Source: Isurus oxyrinchus
Lineage: Eukaryota
Direction of reading: 5' to 3'
Length of the DNA: 64,000 bases
Assembly: GCA_026770705.1 (NCBI GenBank)
Contig: JANJGN010000003.1
Coordinates: forward strand, 208,754,001-208,818,000
This document shows positions 1-13,942 of the stretch, piece by piece. The first letter of the stretch is position 1. Each line of letters begins with the position of its first letter. Under the pieces are notes generated by a model. It was given only the letters and a program-made list of their open reading frames with translations, had not been told where the DNA came from and made no database searches. A program made the translations under genes and the position numbers.

Positions 1-1629
1 TCCCAAAATTGTAAGGCTCAGAGTTTCACTTTCCAAGAATACCGATGGAGCATTGGAACAATGAGTCAGCATGATCGATTTGCAGTTCATGCGACATTCT
101 TGTCATTGATTTTAATGGCTAGGAAACCAGAAGTGACTCAAAACTGGCATAATGATTTCCACTCCCATTTCTCCAATCTGTGTTCCAAATTAAGTGAGAC
201 CCAATGCCAGGAATGTTGTCTCACAGTTTCAGTGTCAGAGTCGGAGGTGCAAAGGATCGATCTGTAATCTGGAGAACTGAACTGTTTCTTGCAAAGTGTT
301 TTTATGGGAAAGATTGGTCTAAGTGCAAAACAGAAAACATCTCATCGCTGTGAAAGTATTATTGAAATTACAATCTTAGGTCATCTAGCTACATGTTTTT
401 GCATTTGCCCTAGAAATTCCTCTGGAGTGTAATGGCGTAAGTTTTGGACAGGGTGGAACTGTCTCCTTCACCTGGGCTGCACCCTGACTCTACTATTCAA
501 ATATTTAAATACCAATGGGGTATTTATGGCACCAATGGGTGACTGCCTCACATCAGAAGGAATATTTTACTATGGCATCTATGGCTGTGGCATAAGTGGA
601 TCCATAGTCCCTGATTAACATTCAAGAAAATCTTTAAATATGCAGATTTCCTTAAAGCGATAGATTGCTCTGTGATTTGTTGAGCTTTTGGGGAACTGGC
701 CTTTTAAAATTTAAAGTTCTGCCCCACTTGCAGCCCTCAGGAAGGCTGGATACTAAGAAAATGCAAGTGATCCTTGTGCCTACTATTGTTACGATGGAAA
801 TGACAAATATATCATGTAATCTATTCTCTTAATTTGGGTCTAATTATAATATTCCATCCAATTTACAAAGATGCTTCTCATAGGATTTTCAGCTCTCTTA
901 AGTTCCCTTTATTGTTGCACCATACAAATGTATGGTGTATGTATATAGCGGAGTTGGTAATTTGGTGATATGGGTAAGTAATTGAATGTGCAATATTTAA
1001 AACTCTCTCACCCCACAATCTTGTGCATTATTTTTACCACAATTTTGGAGTTTCTCTGTTCAACAGTCCCTGATTCACCTTGGCCCTATGGGATTATTGC
1101 TTTGATTATTTAAAGTTATTATTGTCAGTTTATCATTTTCCCCCTTTAGATTTCAATTTTGCTTCCTGAGAGATATAATTAAAAGAACAGAAGTGATTTG
1201 GTTTGGTGGGTTGAACTCATATTAAATTTTTTCTTGACGATTATTTAAGGAGCGACATTGTACCTATCCTAGAGCAGCTGAACACGTTTCTCAAACATCC
1301 AAAATAAATGATGGGTAATATTGTTTTGAAGGAAGATTTGCAATGTTCTCTGCAATATGATTCATGGCATAGGATGTACACAAAAAGTGAATTCAGGTAA
1401 CATAATACATCACACAAACGTCAGGCCCCATCACAATCAAGCTGAATCCCCCCCACCCAAATCTGTCCCCTGCATCTAACAATCTTGATTCTGTTCTGCC
1501 AAACATGGGAACAATGTGATGGGGCATATGTGCAGAGTCCTCTTGATGCAGTATAGGCATTTTAATCATGGTGCTGATTTTTCAAGTAAATGTGAAGAAG
1601 AAGATAGTGGGTCTCGAAGAGTATCACCG

Positions 1630-2150
1630 AATCTTATAGCACAGAAGGAGGTCAATCAGTCCCTCATGCCTGTGTCAGCTTCTCAATACAGCTATCAAAT
1701 TAATCCCTCTTCCCTGCTCTTTTCCCATGGCCCTGCAATTTTTTTCTTTTGGTGCACATATACAATTTCCTTTTGAAAGTTATGACAGAATCTGCTTCCA
1801 CTCCACTATTCTTGAGGGCAGTAAATTCCAAACCATCGAAACTCATTATACACAAAAAAAAACTTATCTCTATCTTGCTCTTTCCCTGATTGTATTAAAT
1901 CTGTGTCCACTGGTTAATGACCCTCCTGTCAGTGGAAATTGTTTCTTTTTAGCTATACTACCAAAACCCTTCAAACTTTTGAATACCTCAATTAGATCTT
2001 CCCTTAACCTTCTATGATCTGAAGAGAACAGCTGTGGCATCTCCAGACTGTCCATGTAACTGAGTTCCTGATGCCTGGTAGCGTTCTAGTAAATCTCCTC
2101 TAAATCATTTCAAAGGCTCTGGCATCCTTAAGTGTATGAATAACTGAACA
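1630..2150 (-). mobile_element. CR1 LINE 3' fragment (decayed)
   Basis: ORF 1870..2055(-) gives LFSSDHRRLREDLIEVFKSLKG...TSGHRF, the CR1 ORF2 C-terminal signature (LFSLE.RRLRGDLIEVFK...TRGH). Confidence 0.8.
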
Positions 2151-2589
2151 CAGTGAGTAGTATTTTATGGAGCCTGTTAATACAAGAAACATGGTGGGCA
2201 GGGTTACTTAATTAGGTGAGAGGCAAAATTTTGGTTTGCTGACAGCTTTGTGCAGTTGTCTGAGGACTTCGGTTTTCTCCGCTGAACTCTGTGGCACAAG
2301 GGAGGGGAGCAGGAAATGGCAAGTTATATTGAGGCTTGGGACTGACAAGGGTGAGTCAGGGGTGAGTGGTGGGGGGAGGAGTGGTGGGGGAGACGGAGGG
2401 ATGCGGACTGGAATCAGGCGCATTGGGGAGTGGAAAAGGGATCCAAGAGTGGACAGAGAGTGGAGTCAGGAGCAGAGCTCAGAGGATGCAACAAAGGAGG
2501 GCTCTTGCTGGTCGACAAAGGCCACAATTCCAGCAGCCGACAGCACCAGAAGGGGAGGCTGGTTAGGCTGTAGCCATCCAGAGAAGGCA

Positions 2590-3250
2590 TTGTAGAAAAT
2601 GGGCACTGCTGTGTCACTGCATCCTCAGGACAAGAACTAACTACCTGCAGTCATTGGAGAGGCAATGCCAGAGATAATTAATGATGTCCTGGGAAGTGGT
2701 CACTGAAATATCTGGGGTTGTGCAGCAGGACCTGTAGCCATGTTGATTTAGTTGGACCCCCATGCCATGGAGCCTCAAGGTGACAGTGGCACTAAGTTTT
2801 TTCGCCAGCAGTGCATTCCAGGGCTCCTTGGGTAACATGTGTGGCATATTGCAGGCTGCCACACACTGATGCATAAAGGAGGTGACTGATGCCCTCTTTC
2901 ATCATGCAAATCAATTAATCAATTACTCCATAGATGGGGACGCCAGGCAGCACAGACATTGGGCTTCGGGGCTTTGGTGCCTTCACTGATTTTCCTAGAG
3001 TGAAAGAGGTCATCAATTGCACTCATGGCCATTAGACCTCCCTAGTACCAGCCAGTGGCATTTATGAATCACAAGTGCTTTTATTCTTTGAATGTGCAAC
3101 TGGTCTGCGACCACAAGCAAAGAAGCATGCATGCCTATGCTCATTTCCCAGGGAGCCCTCACTACTCGTACACTTCCTTAACTTGCAGCTCTCAGAACAT
3201 TTTGAGGCCCCAGCCCAGACTGATGGCAGGATCCACCAATGAATATCAGC
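2590..3250 (+). mobile_element. PIF/Harbinger transposase (HARBI1-like) pseudogene fragment
   Basis: From ~2762 reads MPWSLKVTVALSFFASSAFQGSLGNMCGILQAATH*CIKEVTDALF; ORF 3055 reads FMNHKCFYSLNVQLVCDHKQR...HFPGSPH. Both are Harbinger DDE motifs, interrupted by stops and frameshifts. Confidence 0.85.
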
Positions 3251-3299
3251 CCCCGCTGCGTGATCACACATGTCTCCTATTTTAATTAGAATCCAGGGA

Positions 3300-3590
3300 T
3301 CCAGCCCCCAACACAAGAGTGGATTCTGGTTCTGCCAATAGGAATGGTGTGCCAGATAAAATACTGCCCATTAGTCCAGCTGTTTTATACAGATTAACCA
3401 TAACCTCCTTGCTTTGGTTTATAATGCAAGGATCCTTTTTAACGTGCTCATTGATTTATCCCACCACCTTCCAAGATTTATGTATATGTCCCCCCATAGT
3501 TCTCTACTTTTGCACACTTTTGAAAGGTGTATCATTTAGTTTATATTTCCTCTTCTCATTCTTCCTTCTAAAATGCAATAACTCACTAAC
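3300..3590 (-). mobile_element. CR1 LINE RT fragment
   Basis: Antisense similarity to the RT C-terminal region of the other CR1 copies in this window (e.g. 55.6-55.9 kb). Confidence 0.5.
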
Positions 3591-4059
3591 ATGTGACGTA
3601 CATGCAAAATTTTCAACAGAAAACAGTAGACTTCATAAAGTTGTATAGAAGTCTAAACAGCTATTCTGTCTTCATATTTGAAGTATCCAGTACAGGATAA
3701 ATTGTTTTTGGAATGAAAGGGAGACCTGCATTAGGTTCAAAAATGCTTCCAACCCCCCTTGGGAAACACAATCTTGTTTCCAACAAGCTGCACTTCCTTC
3801 ATAGACTTCGGCATCAGCCACTGTACTAGCAATCCAACTCGTATTTTCTCCTGGCTCTCCAGTGTCACTTGATTTGGCAGGCGTATAAAATTGGATGGAG
3901 AGCTGTTCCACTTGCAACCCGCAAGTCCTCATTGTTGTTTAGATTTTCTGCTGATGTCGGAAGTTCCACCCAATGTCATTCAGTGTCATTTTACATGTCG
4001 GTGAATGGGCCCCACCCCCGCTCGTTGATGGAAAAGTTCTTCCCATGGACAGAGTAGAT

Positions 4060-4282
4060 CAACAAATAGTGCTTTTGTAGAACGCATTCTATTTATTTGC
4101 AAAGGAACACAGCAGCCACATTTGTGTGCTTACAACTCAAATACTGTCTCTACATTTCAGGCTCTAGACTACTACTGACCACTAAGGTAGCCCACGCTAC
4201 TCTATTATTGGATACTAAGATTATGTGATCTTCCCATTTATAACATTCTTCTTAAAGATATATTACACATCAGATTATCACA
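4060..4282 (-). mobile_element. Probable solo LTR remnant
   Basis: Ends in cttcttaaag...atcaca like the Gypsy LTRs at 36.7 and 45.1 kb; carries an antisense AATAAA. Confidence 0.4.
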
Positions 4283-5360
4283 AAAGTAACTACTGTCTTT
4301 TGGGCCATTGCACTGCTGAGTACTAGGAATGCTGGCTTGAAATCCAAGGTTACAGTGGGGTAGCATAGAATCTACAATTTATAGGATCACTTGCCCGGTG
4401 CAAGTGATAACAAAGCAAGATTTTAAATTTTATTTTATTTAAATCAATTGCTTTGAAGCCTGTCAGCCAAATGCTGTGATGCAACAGGTGCCTTACCCAT
4501 CTACATCCATTTTCCACCATCTCCGAAAGGCATGTTTCTAGATGAAGATAAGAATTTGTCAAGTGGTCTATGGAAATGCTTAGTTTGAAGGTATAGTCAT
4601 CGATGCCCTGCTGAGTTTCTGCCTGGGTTTATCCGGAGCAGCATTCCTGCCTACATTGCCTCCAGATACATGAAATATTGCTCATGACACTGACACTGAT
4701 TGACAGTTGCTCTTTGATTTCTGCATTTCTTGGCAGCCTGCAGCATTCAATCTGGATTGCTGCGGTAGAGTTGCTGTTGGTTTAATATTTCTCCGAGCTT
4801 ATCTTTACTTGGTACATGAAACAATACCAGGCTTGGAAGCCAGTATCTGAATGCTGTTGAATTAAAACCATCTGTGTGTCATTAAGAACTATGTTCATAT
4901 GACATTATTTTGCAGACGTTCACCTTTGTGTACATTCAGTATACCAGGAGATTATTTAATTTAAACATAGACTACAAGAGTAGAGAACGAGGTCAAAATT
5001 CTCCAAGAGTAACAGTGGAATATCCACAAAACAACTAATTTCATTATTCCTTCAGAAAACACAGCTGAATAAATAGCTGCCTTAAGAATTAAATTGAAAA
5101 AGATTAAGAGCTAAAAGTTGGATTAAGGCCATTTTGCAACATGGATAATTATGATGGTGCAAACATCCTGATGTTTGCTTATTAGCATGATTGCAGCTCA
5201 GCTCACTGACTACACACTCAGCATGGGATCCAAAAGAACGCATGGCTCCCATAGCGTAAAGCTGGCCTGCACTTCTTGAAGGCAGCATGTCCCTCTTAAA
5301 TGGGAGATACAGTCAGGCTGCAAAAGTTGTTGGAACAGCCTCAGAAAGGTTTTGAAGGAA

Positions 5361-5585
5361 ATGAATCATCAGGTCAGAGAGAGGCCTCCCAGGTTCTCTG
5401 ATGCAGCACTGAAGTCCTTAATGCAAGAATTAGAATAGAGCAAAGGGGTAATGTTTCCCTACAGGACCAGGAGGTCTCAAGGCAGATCTTTCAAAGGGAA
5501 TGAGGGCAGATGGCCAGAGAGGTCAATTCCTGGTGTCTGGCTGCAGCACTGAAAAAAGTTCAAAGACTTCACACAAGTTGTCAAG
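5361..5585 (+). mobile_element. Harbinger Myb/SANT-like ORF exon fragment (pseudogene)
   Basis: MNHQVRERPPRFSDAALKSLMQELE*SKGVMFP...KKFKDFTQVVK then gtcag; typical of the Myb/SANT-like DNA-binding protein of Harbinger elements. Confidence 0.7.
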
Positions 5586-5844
5586 GTCAGAGAATGCATC
5601 TTCAAATTGTATCTTCTACCCACTGCATCATCAACTTCTCAGGCTACTAATGCACCACATCCCTAACACTCACTTATCAGCAATCCAGTCTCCTGCCAAA
5701 TATTCAGATATGCCAACTCACCGACACACCCTTACTAATGCTGCTATCCTCACAGCCACTTCTTGCAACTTCCACATATATTCAGCTATGGCAGGTACAT
5801 CAGCTAAAAAGATTGCAATACAGCCGCTGCACAAGAAGAACTCG

Positions 5845-6558
5845 TGGTGTTGGGGATGATTTATTCACATGGATAGAGGATTGGCTAATTTACAGGAAAC
5901 AGAGTTGGGATAAATGGGTCATTTTCATATTGGCAAACTAACAAATGCTGGGACCTCAACTATTTATAATCCATATTAATGACTTGGATGAAAGGGTAGG
6001 CTTTATTGTAGCCAAATTTGCTGATGACACAAAGATAGTTAAAAGTAAGTTATGAGGAGAATACATAGGGTGGGATTTTTTTGACCCCTCCTGCCAGCGT
6101 GATCTCCAGTCCTGCCCAAGTCATCGAAAATTTGAATGGCTTGCCACATCAAGCAGATTGAGCCTATACTCATTGGAGGTTTGAAGAATGAGAGATGATC
6201 TTATCGAAACCTGGAAAGTTCTGAGGGACTTGACAATGTAGATGTTGAGAGGATATTTCCTCACATGGAGGACTCTAAAATTGGGAGCACAATGTCAAAA
6301 TAAGGAGTCTCCTATTTGACTCAGAGGTGAGGAAGGAATTTCTTCTCTTAGCAGGTCATTAGTCTTCCACAGATAGTAGTGGAGGCTAGGTCATTGAATA
6401 TATTCAAGACCGAGTTAGACAGATTTGTGATTGCCAATGGATTCAAAGGTTACGGCAACAGGCAGGAAAGTGGAGCTAAGGCCACAGCCTTATTGAATGG
6501 TGGAGCAGGCTCAACGGGCCAAATGGTCTGCTCCTGCTCCTATTTCTTATGATCTTAT
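5845..6558 (+). mobile_element. CR1 LINE fragments with 3' tail
   Basis: WIEDWL...RKQ, KFADDTK and RMRDDLIET motifs; 3' end ctcctgctcctatttcttatgatcttat. Confidence 0.8.
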
Positions 6559-7304
6559 TGTGTGTGTATGTGTGGGGGGGGGTGGGGGTGTGAAGGGGGT
6601 TTTTGTGTGAGGGTATTCCCTCTTCAGGATGGCCTGCAGTCACAGCTGTGCCCACTGATTCTCATGACTTTGGGAGATGGTATTAAAGGAGGCCTCACTG
6701 TGGCACCATGCTGCTGAGAGACTGCCTCAGAGCACCTCCTCGGCTTCTACCACAGTGGAGGGGTAGGGGGTGGGGGGTGGTGGGGGCAGGGGTGGGGGGT
6801 GGGGTTTGTCTACCAGTTTGTCACAAAGTGGCATTCACTGATAATAAACAATCCCATTTCTAAGGCCTTAACTTCCTTCATTAAAATAGGGTACCTACTG
6901 TGCAAAATATTCTGTGCACAAACCAATGATTTATATCGGTGTAAAATTACTTATTTGCCTTTGTATTCCATATCTTTAGTTATAAAACCTATGATCGCTC
7001 ACATTTTTTGAACAGTTTTTACAATTTGTCATTGCACTTCTAAAGATAAGGCAATTTCCAGAGCCTTATCATCATGAAAATTTTTATAAGCCCTTACCTT
7101 CAGAAGGTTAAATGAGTTCATTTTTTACTATTTTACTGAAAGGCATTTGATGGTTAAATTTAAATAAAATAAATTTGGTGGACTGCACTTGCAACTTTTA
7201 TAATTCCAATCACAGTGACTGAAAATTATCTAATCTGTTTGATTAACATATCTGTTCCATTTGTTATTAAGCCTGATAATCATTTATGTAAGATAACTGA
7301 TTTA

Positions 7305-8930
7305 TTTTTAATCTTTCATGGGATGTGAGCATTACTGGCAAGGTCAGCATCTGTTACATTCCAAAGATGGTGGTGAGTTACCTTTTTGAACTATTGCAGT
7401 CCATCTGGTTCACAATGCTGTTAGAAAGTGCCAAGATTTTGACCCAGTGGCAGTGAAGGAATGATAATTTGGTTTTAATGAGGATGGTGTGTGGCTTGAA
7501 GGGGAACATGCAAGCGGTGTTGTTCCCATGCAGCTGCTGCCCCTGTCCTTCTGGGTGGAGGTTGTGGCTTTGAAATTTGCTATCAAAGGAAGCTTGGTGA
7601 GTTGCTGCAGTATATCTTGTATATGACACACACTGCTGGCACTATGTGCCAGTGGTGGTGGGAGTGAATATTTAATGTGGTGGATGTTTAATGTGGCCAA
7701 TCAAGCATGCTGCTTTGCCCTGGATGGTGTCAAGCTTCTTGAGTGTTGTTGGAGCTGCACTCATCCAGGATTTCACATTCCTGACTTGTGCATTGTAGAT
7801 GGTGAAAAAGCTGTGGTGTGTCAGGAGGTAAGTTACCAAAGAATTCCCAGCCTCCGATCAGCTCATGTAGCCACATTATTTGTATAACTTATATGGCCCA
7901 GTTAAGTTTATGGTCACCATCAGAATATTGACAGCGGGGGGTTCAGCAATCATAATGATATTGAATATCAAAGGGAGGTGGTTCAATTATTTCTTGTTGG
8001 AGATGGTCATTCCCTGGCAGTTGTGTGACACAAATGTTATTTTCCATTTATCAACCCAAGCCTGAATGTTGTCCAGATCTTGCTGTATATGGACACAGAA
8101 TGCTTCAGGATGTGAGGAGTCATGAATGGTACTGAACATTGCAATCATCAGTGAACAACCCAACTTCTGACCTTATGGCGGAGGATAGGTTGTTGGTGAA
8201 AGCTGAAGATGGCTGGGCCTAGGGCACTACTCTGAAGAACTCCTATAGTAATGTTCTGAGGCTGAGATAATTGGCTTCCAACAACCAAAACCATCTTCCT
8301 TTGTGCTGGGTATGACTCCAACCAATGGAGTCCCCGTCTGATTCCTTTTGACATCAATTTTGCTAGGGCTCTTTGATGCCACCCTCAAACAAATATTGCA
8401 TTCATCTGACCTCTTGAATTCTTTTCTCCATGTTTGGCCAAGGCTATAATGAGGTCAGGAGCCAAATGGTCCTGAAAAACCCAAACTGAACATCAGTTGC
8501 TGTGTATATGCAGCTTGATAACACTGTCAATGATATTTTTCATCACTGTGTTGATGATTGGGAGTAGATTGATGGAGCAGTAATTGGCCAGTTTGGATTT
8601 GTCCTGCTTTATGTGCATAGGACTACCTGGGAAATTTTTCACATTGTTCTGTGGATGCTAATATTGTAGCTGTACTAGAACAGCTTGATAAAGGGCGTGA
8701 AGAGGTTCTGGAGCACAGATTTTAGTCATGCTGCCCATTTTTGTCAGGCCCCATAGCTCTTGCTGTTCCAGTGCCTTCAGTCATTTCTTGATATCAGGTG
8801 GAATGAATCAAATTGGATGAAGACTATCATCAGTGATCTTGAGGATCTCAGGAGGATTAATTGGATCAGTCACTCAGCATTTCTGGCTGAAGGATTGCAA
8901 ATGCTTGTGCCTTATCTTTTACACTGAAAT
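7305..8930 (-). mobile_element. Non-LTR retrotransposon (CR1/L2 group), 3' half, decayed
   Basis: ORF 8148..8357(-) LHWLESYPAQRKMVLVVG...GVLQSSALGPAIFS; same family as 19521-20483 in reverse. Confidence 0.8.
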
Positions 8931-9019
8931 AGAAATAGCACTAACTGTATAACTGTCCTATTTCTCAATGTGAAATTTACCTTTATTCAAATCTAGCATT
9001 GCAGTATTGGACTGACAGT

Positions 9020-10810
9020 ACTGGAATACCTTGCATTCTATCAACGTGCTGGAAAAATTAGGGTCTTAAATCTGAACAAAACAATCTATGTAGATATGAG
9101 GGGTGAATTGGCAAAGGTAGACTGGGAAACTAGATTTAAAGGAATGACAGTTGATAAGTATTGACAAGCATTTAAAGAAATAACTTGAAATTTGCAACGA
9201 ATATATATATTCCCTTAAGGAATAAAAATCCCACAGTAAAAGTGGTATAACCTTTAATAGCAAGGGAAGTTAAATATTGTTTTAGACTAAAGGAAGCTTA
9301 CAATGTTGCCAAATTGTAACCCTGAGGTTTGGTAGGATTTAAGAAATCGTCAAAGGATGACCAGGAAATTGATAACGAGAGAAAATAGAATATGAGTGAA
9401 CCGGAAAATGACATAAAAAGACATGTACCTAAATGTGTTTACAGGTATCTAAAAAGGAAAAGATCAGCAAAAGAATACCTGGGTCTCTTGAAGGCAGAGG
9501 CGGGACAAATTATAATGGGGGAGGTGGGGGGGGTTGTGTAAGGAAATTGCACAGACATTAAACGAACACTATGGGCAGAATTTTCTCCCTGTTGGACGGG
9601 CGGGCCCAACCCAATCTCCGGCAGGCGGGGAGCCTATCCCTGCCGGAAAAGCGGGCTCCGCCGCCATTTTATGTGGGCTGGCCAATTAAGGCCCGCCCAG
9701 CATGACATCTGGCAGGAAGTGCTATGCGTTCCCTGTGCAGGTTGGGGCCAGGACGGGGGTGGGGGTGGTGAATTCCCCAAAAGCACGAGTGTGTTCTTTC
9801 TCGCATGCGCACAAAAGAGCTCACATCTGCCTGAGGCTAAGTGTTGCCTCAGGGAGATTGCTTACGCTTCTAAAAATATGAAAATTAGAAACAAAAATTC
9901 CCTAACACTGTCATATGAGATGGGACTTGTTCATAATTTATATTATAACTTTATTAAACTTTTTGAATCCTTACATGAAACCTCATCCTGCCAGTGGATG
10001 GGGTTTCATGTTTTTTCTAGTTCCCACTGGGGCTCCTGGCCTGCTCCCTAACCTTAATGTTGGATGGGCAGGTCCTTTAATTGTTTAAATGATCCTGTTA
10101 ATGGCCTCAATTGGCCATTGACAAGTTGGCAGGCACACAGCTGATTTTGCTGCGGGCCCTCCTTCCTGAAAATTTAAATGGGGCGGGATGACATCGGGAG
10201 TTCCCCCTGATGTCATCCTGCGTCATTTTACGTGTCGGAGAATGGGCCCTGCCCCTGCTCACCGATGGCAAAATTCTGTCCTATGTATCTGTCTTCGCAG
10301 AATAAGAGACCAACACATTCTAGAAACAATGGGTAACCAAGAATCTAGTGAGAGTGAGGAAGTTGAAGAAATTAGTATGAGTAGCTAAGCACTATTGGAG
10401 AAATTAATGCAACTAAGAGTTGACAGAACCCATGGTTCTCGTATCAACACGTGGCTGTATTGGTTTTGATTTTCCAGAATTCCTTAGATTCTAGAATGGT
10501 CCCCACATGTTGGAAGGTAATGAATGTAACATAGGAGGGAGAAAGAGGGTAGGGGACTATAGGGCCATTAGCCTGACATGAGTATTAGGGATATGCTATA
10601 ATCTGTTCTTAGGAATCTGGTTACAGGGGACATAGAAAATCATAATATGATTGGCCAGAGTGAACACTGATCTATTGAAGGGAAATTGTGTTTGACAAAT
10701 TTATTTGAGTTTTTTGAGGTTGCAGTCGAGGTGGATAAGTGACAACCAATGGATGTTGTGCATTTGGATTTTCAAAAAGCAATTGGCAAAGTTCACATAA
10801 AGAAGTGATT
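9020..10810 (+). mobile_element. CR1 ORF2 fragment split by a MITE
   Basis: CR1-like sequence resumes across the MITE (acattaaacgaacac-TAT-gtatctgtcttc); GKLCLTNLFEFFE and LDFQKA motifs near 10.7 kb. Confidence 0.75.
9573..10281. mobile_element. Harbinger-type MITE, copy 1
   Basis: TIRs gggcagaatttt / aaaattctgtcc, 3-bp TSD TAT on both sides, no coding capacity, internal hairpins. Confidence 0.85.
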
Positions 10811-11126
10811 AAAACTGAGCAGGAGAAGAAGTCATTGGCAGGATGAGCTCAGAGAAAATACTTCAAACTGGTAGCAATGTTGTTGCTTGATGGCTGGGGA
10901 AGATGCTGCAGGGGCTCCATTTTCCCTGAAGACACATTTAGGTGAGGGGGGGGGGGGGGATGAGACATTTTGTACTGCAAAATGGCTGCATAAGGTCCAA
11001 TTTATTCTTTTACCTTTTTGGTGAATATTTTGTTCCTGGTCGCTCTGCTAAACATGCAAATGATTGAAAAGGTTTCTAAATTCCATTAACTTATGTCAGA
11101 ATATTTTAATTTTATTATAAATCTTT

Positions 11127-11991
11127 GGGGTGAATAATATACGGGGTGGGGGGGAAGGCCAGGGGTGGGGGGAGGTGGGGGAAGCTTAGTGGGTGGCTTG
11201 ACACTTCCCACCGCCCCCTTCCCCAGACCCAGAAGTAAAGTTGGCCTGCTCCACAACTGCCCAGCTGCCCGCCCATCGCGATAATGTGCTGCGGACAGGC
11301 TGAGCAAGGTCATTGTGAGACTTCTGACCCTCGCTGGGGAGGAAGTCCTGTTCCCTGGAGCTGCCGGCCAATCTGATTGGCTGGCAGCTCCATCAGTCCC
11401 GGCTGTGCCAAGGGTGCGTAAGTGGCCGCTGCCAGGACTGCAGCAAAGAAGACTAAAAAGGCCCAGGGAGCCACGGAACCAGTAAGTGCGGGGTGTTGGG
11501 CAGGGAGGGTTTCAGATGTCAGGGAGGAGGGCTGGGGAATGTCGGTTGGGGGTGGGGGGTGGTGGCGGGGTTTGGTGTTTAAGGCTGTGGGGGAGGTTAG
11601 AAGGAAGGTGGGGGTTTGATCTGAGGAGGGCTGCCCCCCGATCTGCAGAAGACAATCCCCAAAGATAGAGTCCCTACCCCCTTCCTTCCTGCCCTTTGAA
11701 GAAGTTAGGTAAAAGAAAAACAGGCTGCCCACTCCTGCCTGGCTGCCCAAGCCATTTGTTTTATGATGTGGGCAGTGTATTATCAGGGTCAACTGGCTTG
11801 TTAACAAGCCTAATTGACCCTTGATAATCTATTTGAATATGGCGGGCGAGCTGCTCATTTTGGTGCCCTCCCATCCCCAGTATTATTGGGGTAGGCTCGG
11901 GGATGGGCAGGAAGATGTTTGGATGGAGCCACCGAATTTTACCTGCACCCCACTGGATACATGCCCACCAGGGGCATGTAAAATGCAGCCC
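11127..11991. mobile_element. Second Harbinger-type non-autonomous element (GC-rich)
   Basis: Right end aaaatgcagccc, degenerate left end ggggtgaataat, flanked by TTT/TTT. Confidence 0.55.
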
Positions 11992-12134
11992 TTTATTTCT
12001 TTACAGGGTAACTGCTGCACCTTATTTCATAATCTCACTTGATATATCTCCCTGTGTTATGATCCCCAGCTAGGTTACCACTGGACAAACCTGATCCCAG
12101 GATGGAACCCAGCTTGATAGATCCTAGCTTTTAT

Positions 12135-12753
12135 GGGCAGAAATTTGCGCTAAGCAGGCGGGTGTGCACCCGACCCAATCGAGCATGAAATGATGCATGA
12201 TGATGTCGGGCGAGCGTCCCGGTTACATCGTGCAATATTTTGGTCAACAGGCGCGTGTTGGAGTCGGCAGTGTACCCGCCGACAATTAACAGGCCTGTTA
12301 AGTCCATTAAAGTTCTAATTGAATGAAATTTTTCATTGCCTGTCGAACCTCATGACTGGCAGGCATGCCAAAAGTCCAAACGGCCTTTGGATTTTTTACA
12401 AACCCTCATCCATGGGCGGGGTGAGGTTTCCAACAGCAATTAAAGTTTTAATAAAATTTTTAATAGTTCATTCCTAACATGTCCCTGCTCGTGTGACAGA
12501 GCCACATGAGGGGACATGTTTTTAATATTACTGACTTTTTTATTTTTAATATTATAAATCTTCAACTCGCTGAGGCAGCACTCGTGCGCTTAAGCAAACT
12601 TCCATGCTTGCCCTCCTTCTGCCCCCCACCCCTGCAGTGCTGAGTGCCAATTAATGGCCAGCCAGTGCGGAATAGATGTCAAGGCCCGATTGCAGGTGGC
12701 AATCAGCTTTGTGACCATTCCCTGGCCCACCCGGCAAGGTAAGAACCTTGGCC
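12135..12753. mobile_element. Harbinger-type MITE, copy 2
   Basis: Left TIR gggcagaaattt, TSD TAT/TAT, same internal blocks as copy 1 in opposite orientation. Confidence 0.8.
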
Positions 12754-13702
12754 TATTTGTTTGTTTAGATACATGGTGAGTAGCTACTGAACAGAGTCAC
12801 AGGAGTCAGCGGATGAATGTTTAACAAAAGAATAAAGCATTTATTAAACAAGAGAAGATTAACTATGTTACAATACTCCTTCACCCACAACTATACCTTT
12901 ACATATATATATATACACATTTGTAAGGATAACGCAAGTTACAAAAGCTACCTTATACCCTAATGTTCACAATAATTACGGTCCATGAAAAGCAATTGGC
13001 AACCCGTGGTCAGACACACCACACTCTGAAACCAATTGAAAAATGCTACCTCAACCAGATGCTGTGGATCTGTCCTCAACACCCACCCAGGCCACCCCCA
13101 CCGCCCCCCCCCCCCCACCCCACCAGATGCTTGTCACATTGTGAGCCAACCAGTCTCACTGAATTCTATATTTTACATGAGGGTTTCCAGTCTCCACCCT
13201 CTAAGAATTCACTTTGGAATCTTCTCCCAAACTGATACTTTCAGATGCTTTCCACAGGTGTTCACCTCCAGGGTTTCAAACTCTCCTTCCAATATTCCTC
13301 TCTCCTGGATCACCACATGTGTTCAAACTTGCCTCCACACACTCTGTCTCACTGACTCAGCTGTCAACCACTGATTCATAAGTTCGTAGCAAGAGTTACA
13401 GATCATCAGTTGCCTCTTCGGACCTTCTGGCCTCTCACAAGCCTTTATCTGTTTAAGCTTTTCTCTGCTCCTCACTCTTAACTTCAATTAACAGGACCTT
13501 TTCCAGGTTCCAGTCCTTCTTTTGACTAGAAGGTCTGCTTGGGACTTTCTCTTGTTCCATTCCCCTGGATTTTGGGGTCGTTTCTTTAGCTTGGGACGGG
13601 CTATCTTTCCCCTTTGCTCCAGTCTCCCCTGGCAGCTGTCTTCAAAACCAACTGAACGCAAACAGCTTTCAAATCAAACTGCTGTTTCTAGTTTGCTGTA
13701 TA

Positions 13703-13740
13703 TGTGTGTGTGTGTGTGTGTGCGTGCGCGCACGTGTGCA
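13703..13740. repeat. (TG)n/(CG) microsatellite
   Basis: tgtgtgtgtgtgtgtgtgtgcgtgcgcgcacgtgtgca. Confidence 0.9.
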
Positions 13741-13942
13741 TGATTATTTGTGGGAGGGACCTGCCTCTCTGGCTCCTGTTGCTAGGCAACAGCCCAGTTT
13801 CTCTACTCTTCTTTGTTTAACTTAGGTGCGATAGTCATAAAAATCTTATGAGAAATGCAGGCACCTTTTAAAGTGAAACTAAAACTCAATTTAACCTTTT
13901 CTTAACACACAAATACAGAACTACAAATCAAACTGAAACATT

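Noticed and set aside
2590-5585. Domesticated HARBI1/NAIF1-like host genes
   Set aside because: In-frame stops and frameshifts, fragmentary and intronic; consistent with dead transposon copies.
6570-6805. G-runs as a functional G-quadruplex
   Set aside because: Such G/C tracts recur in many decayed repeats here; nothing indicates function.
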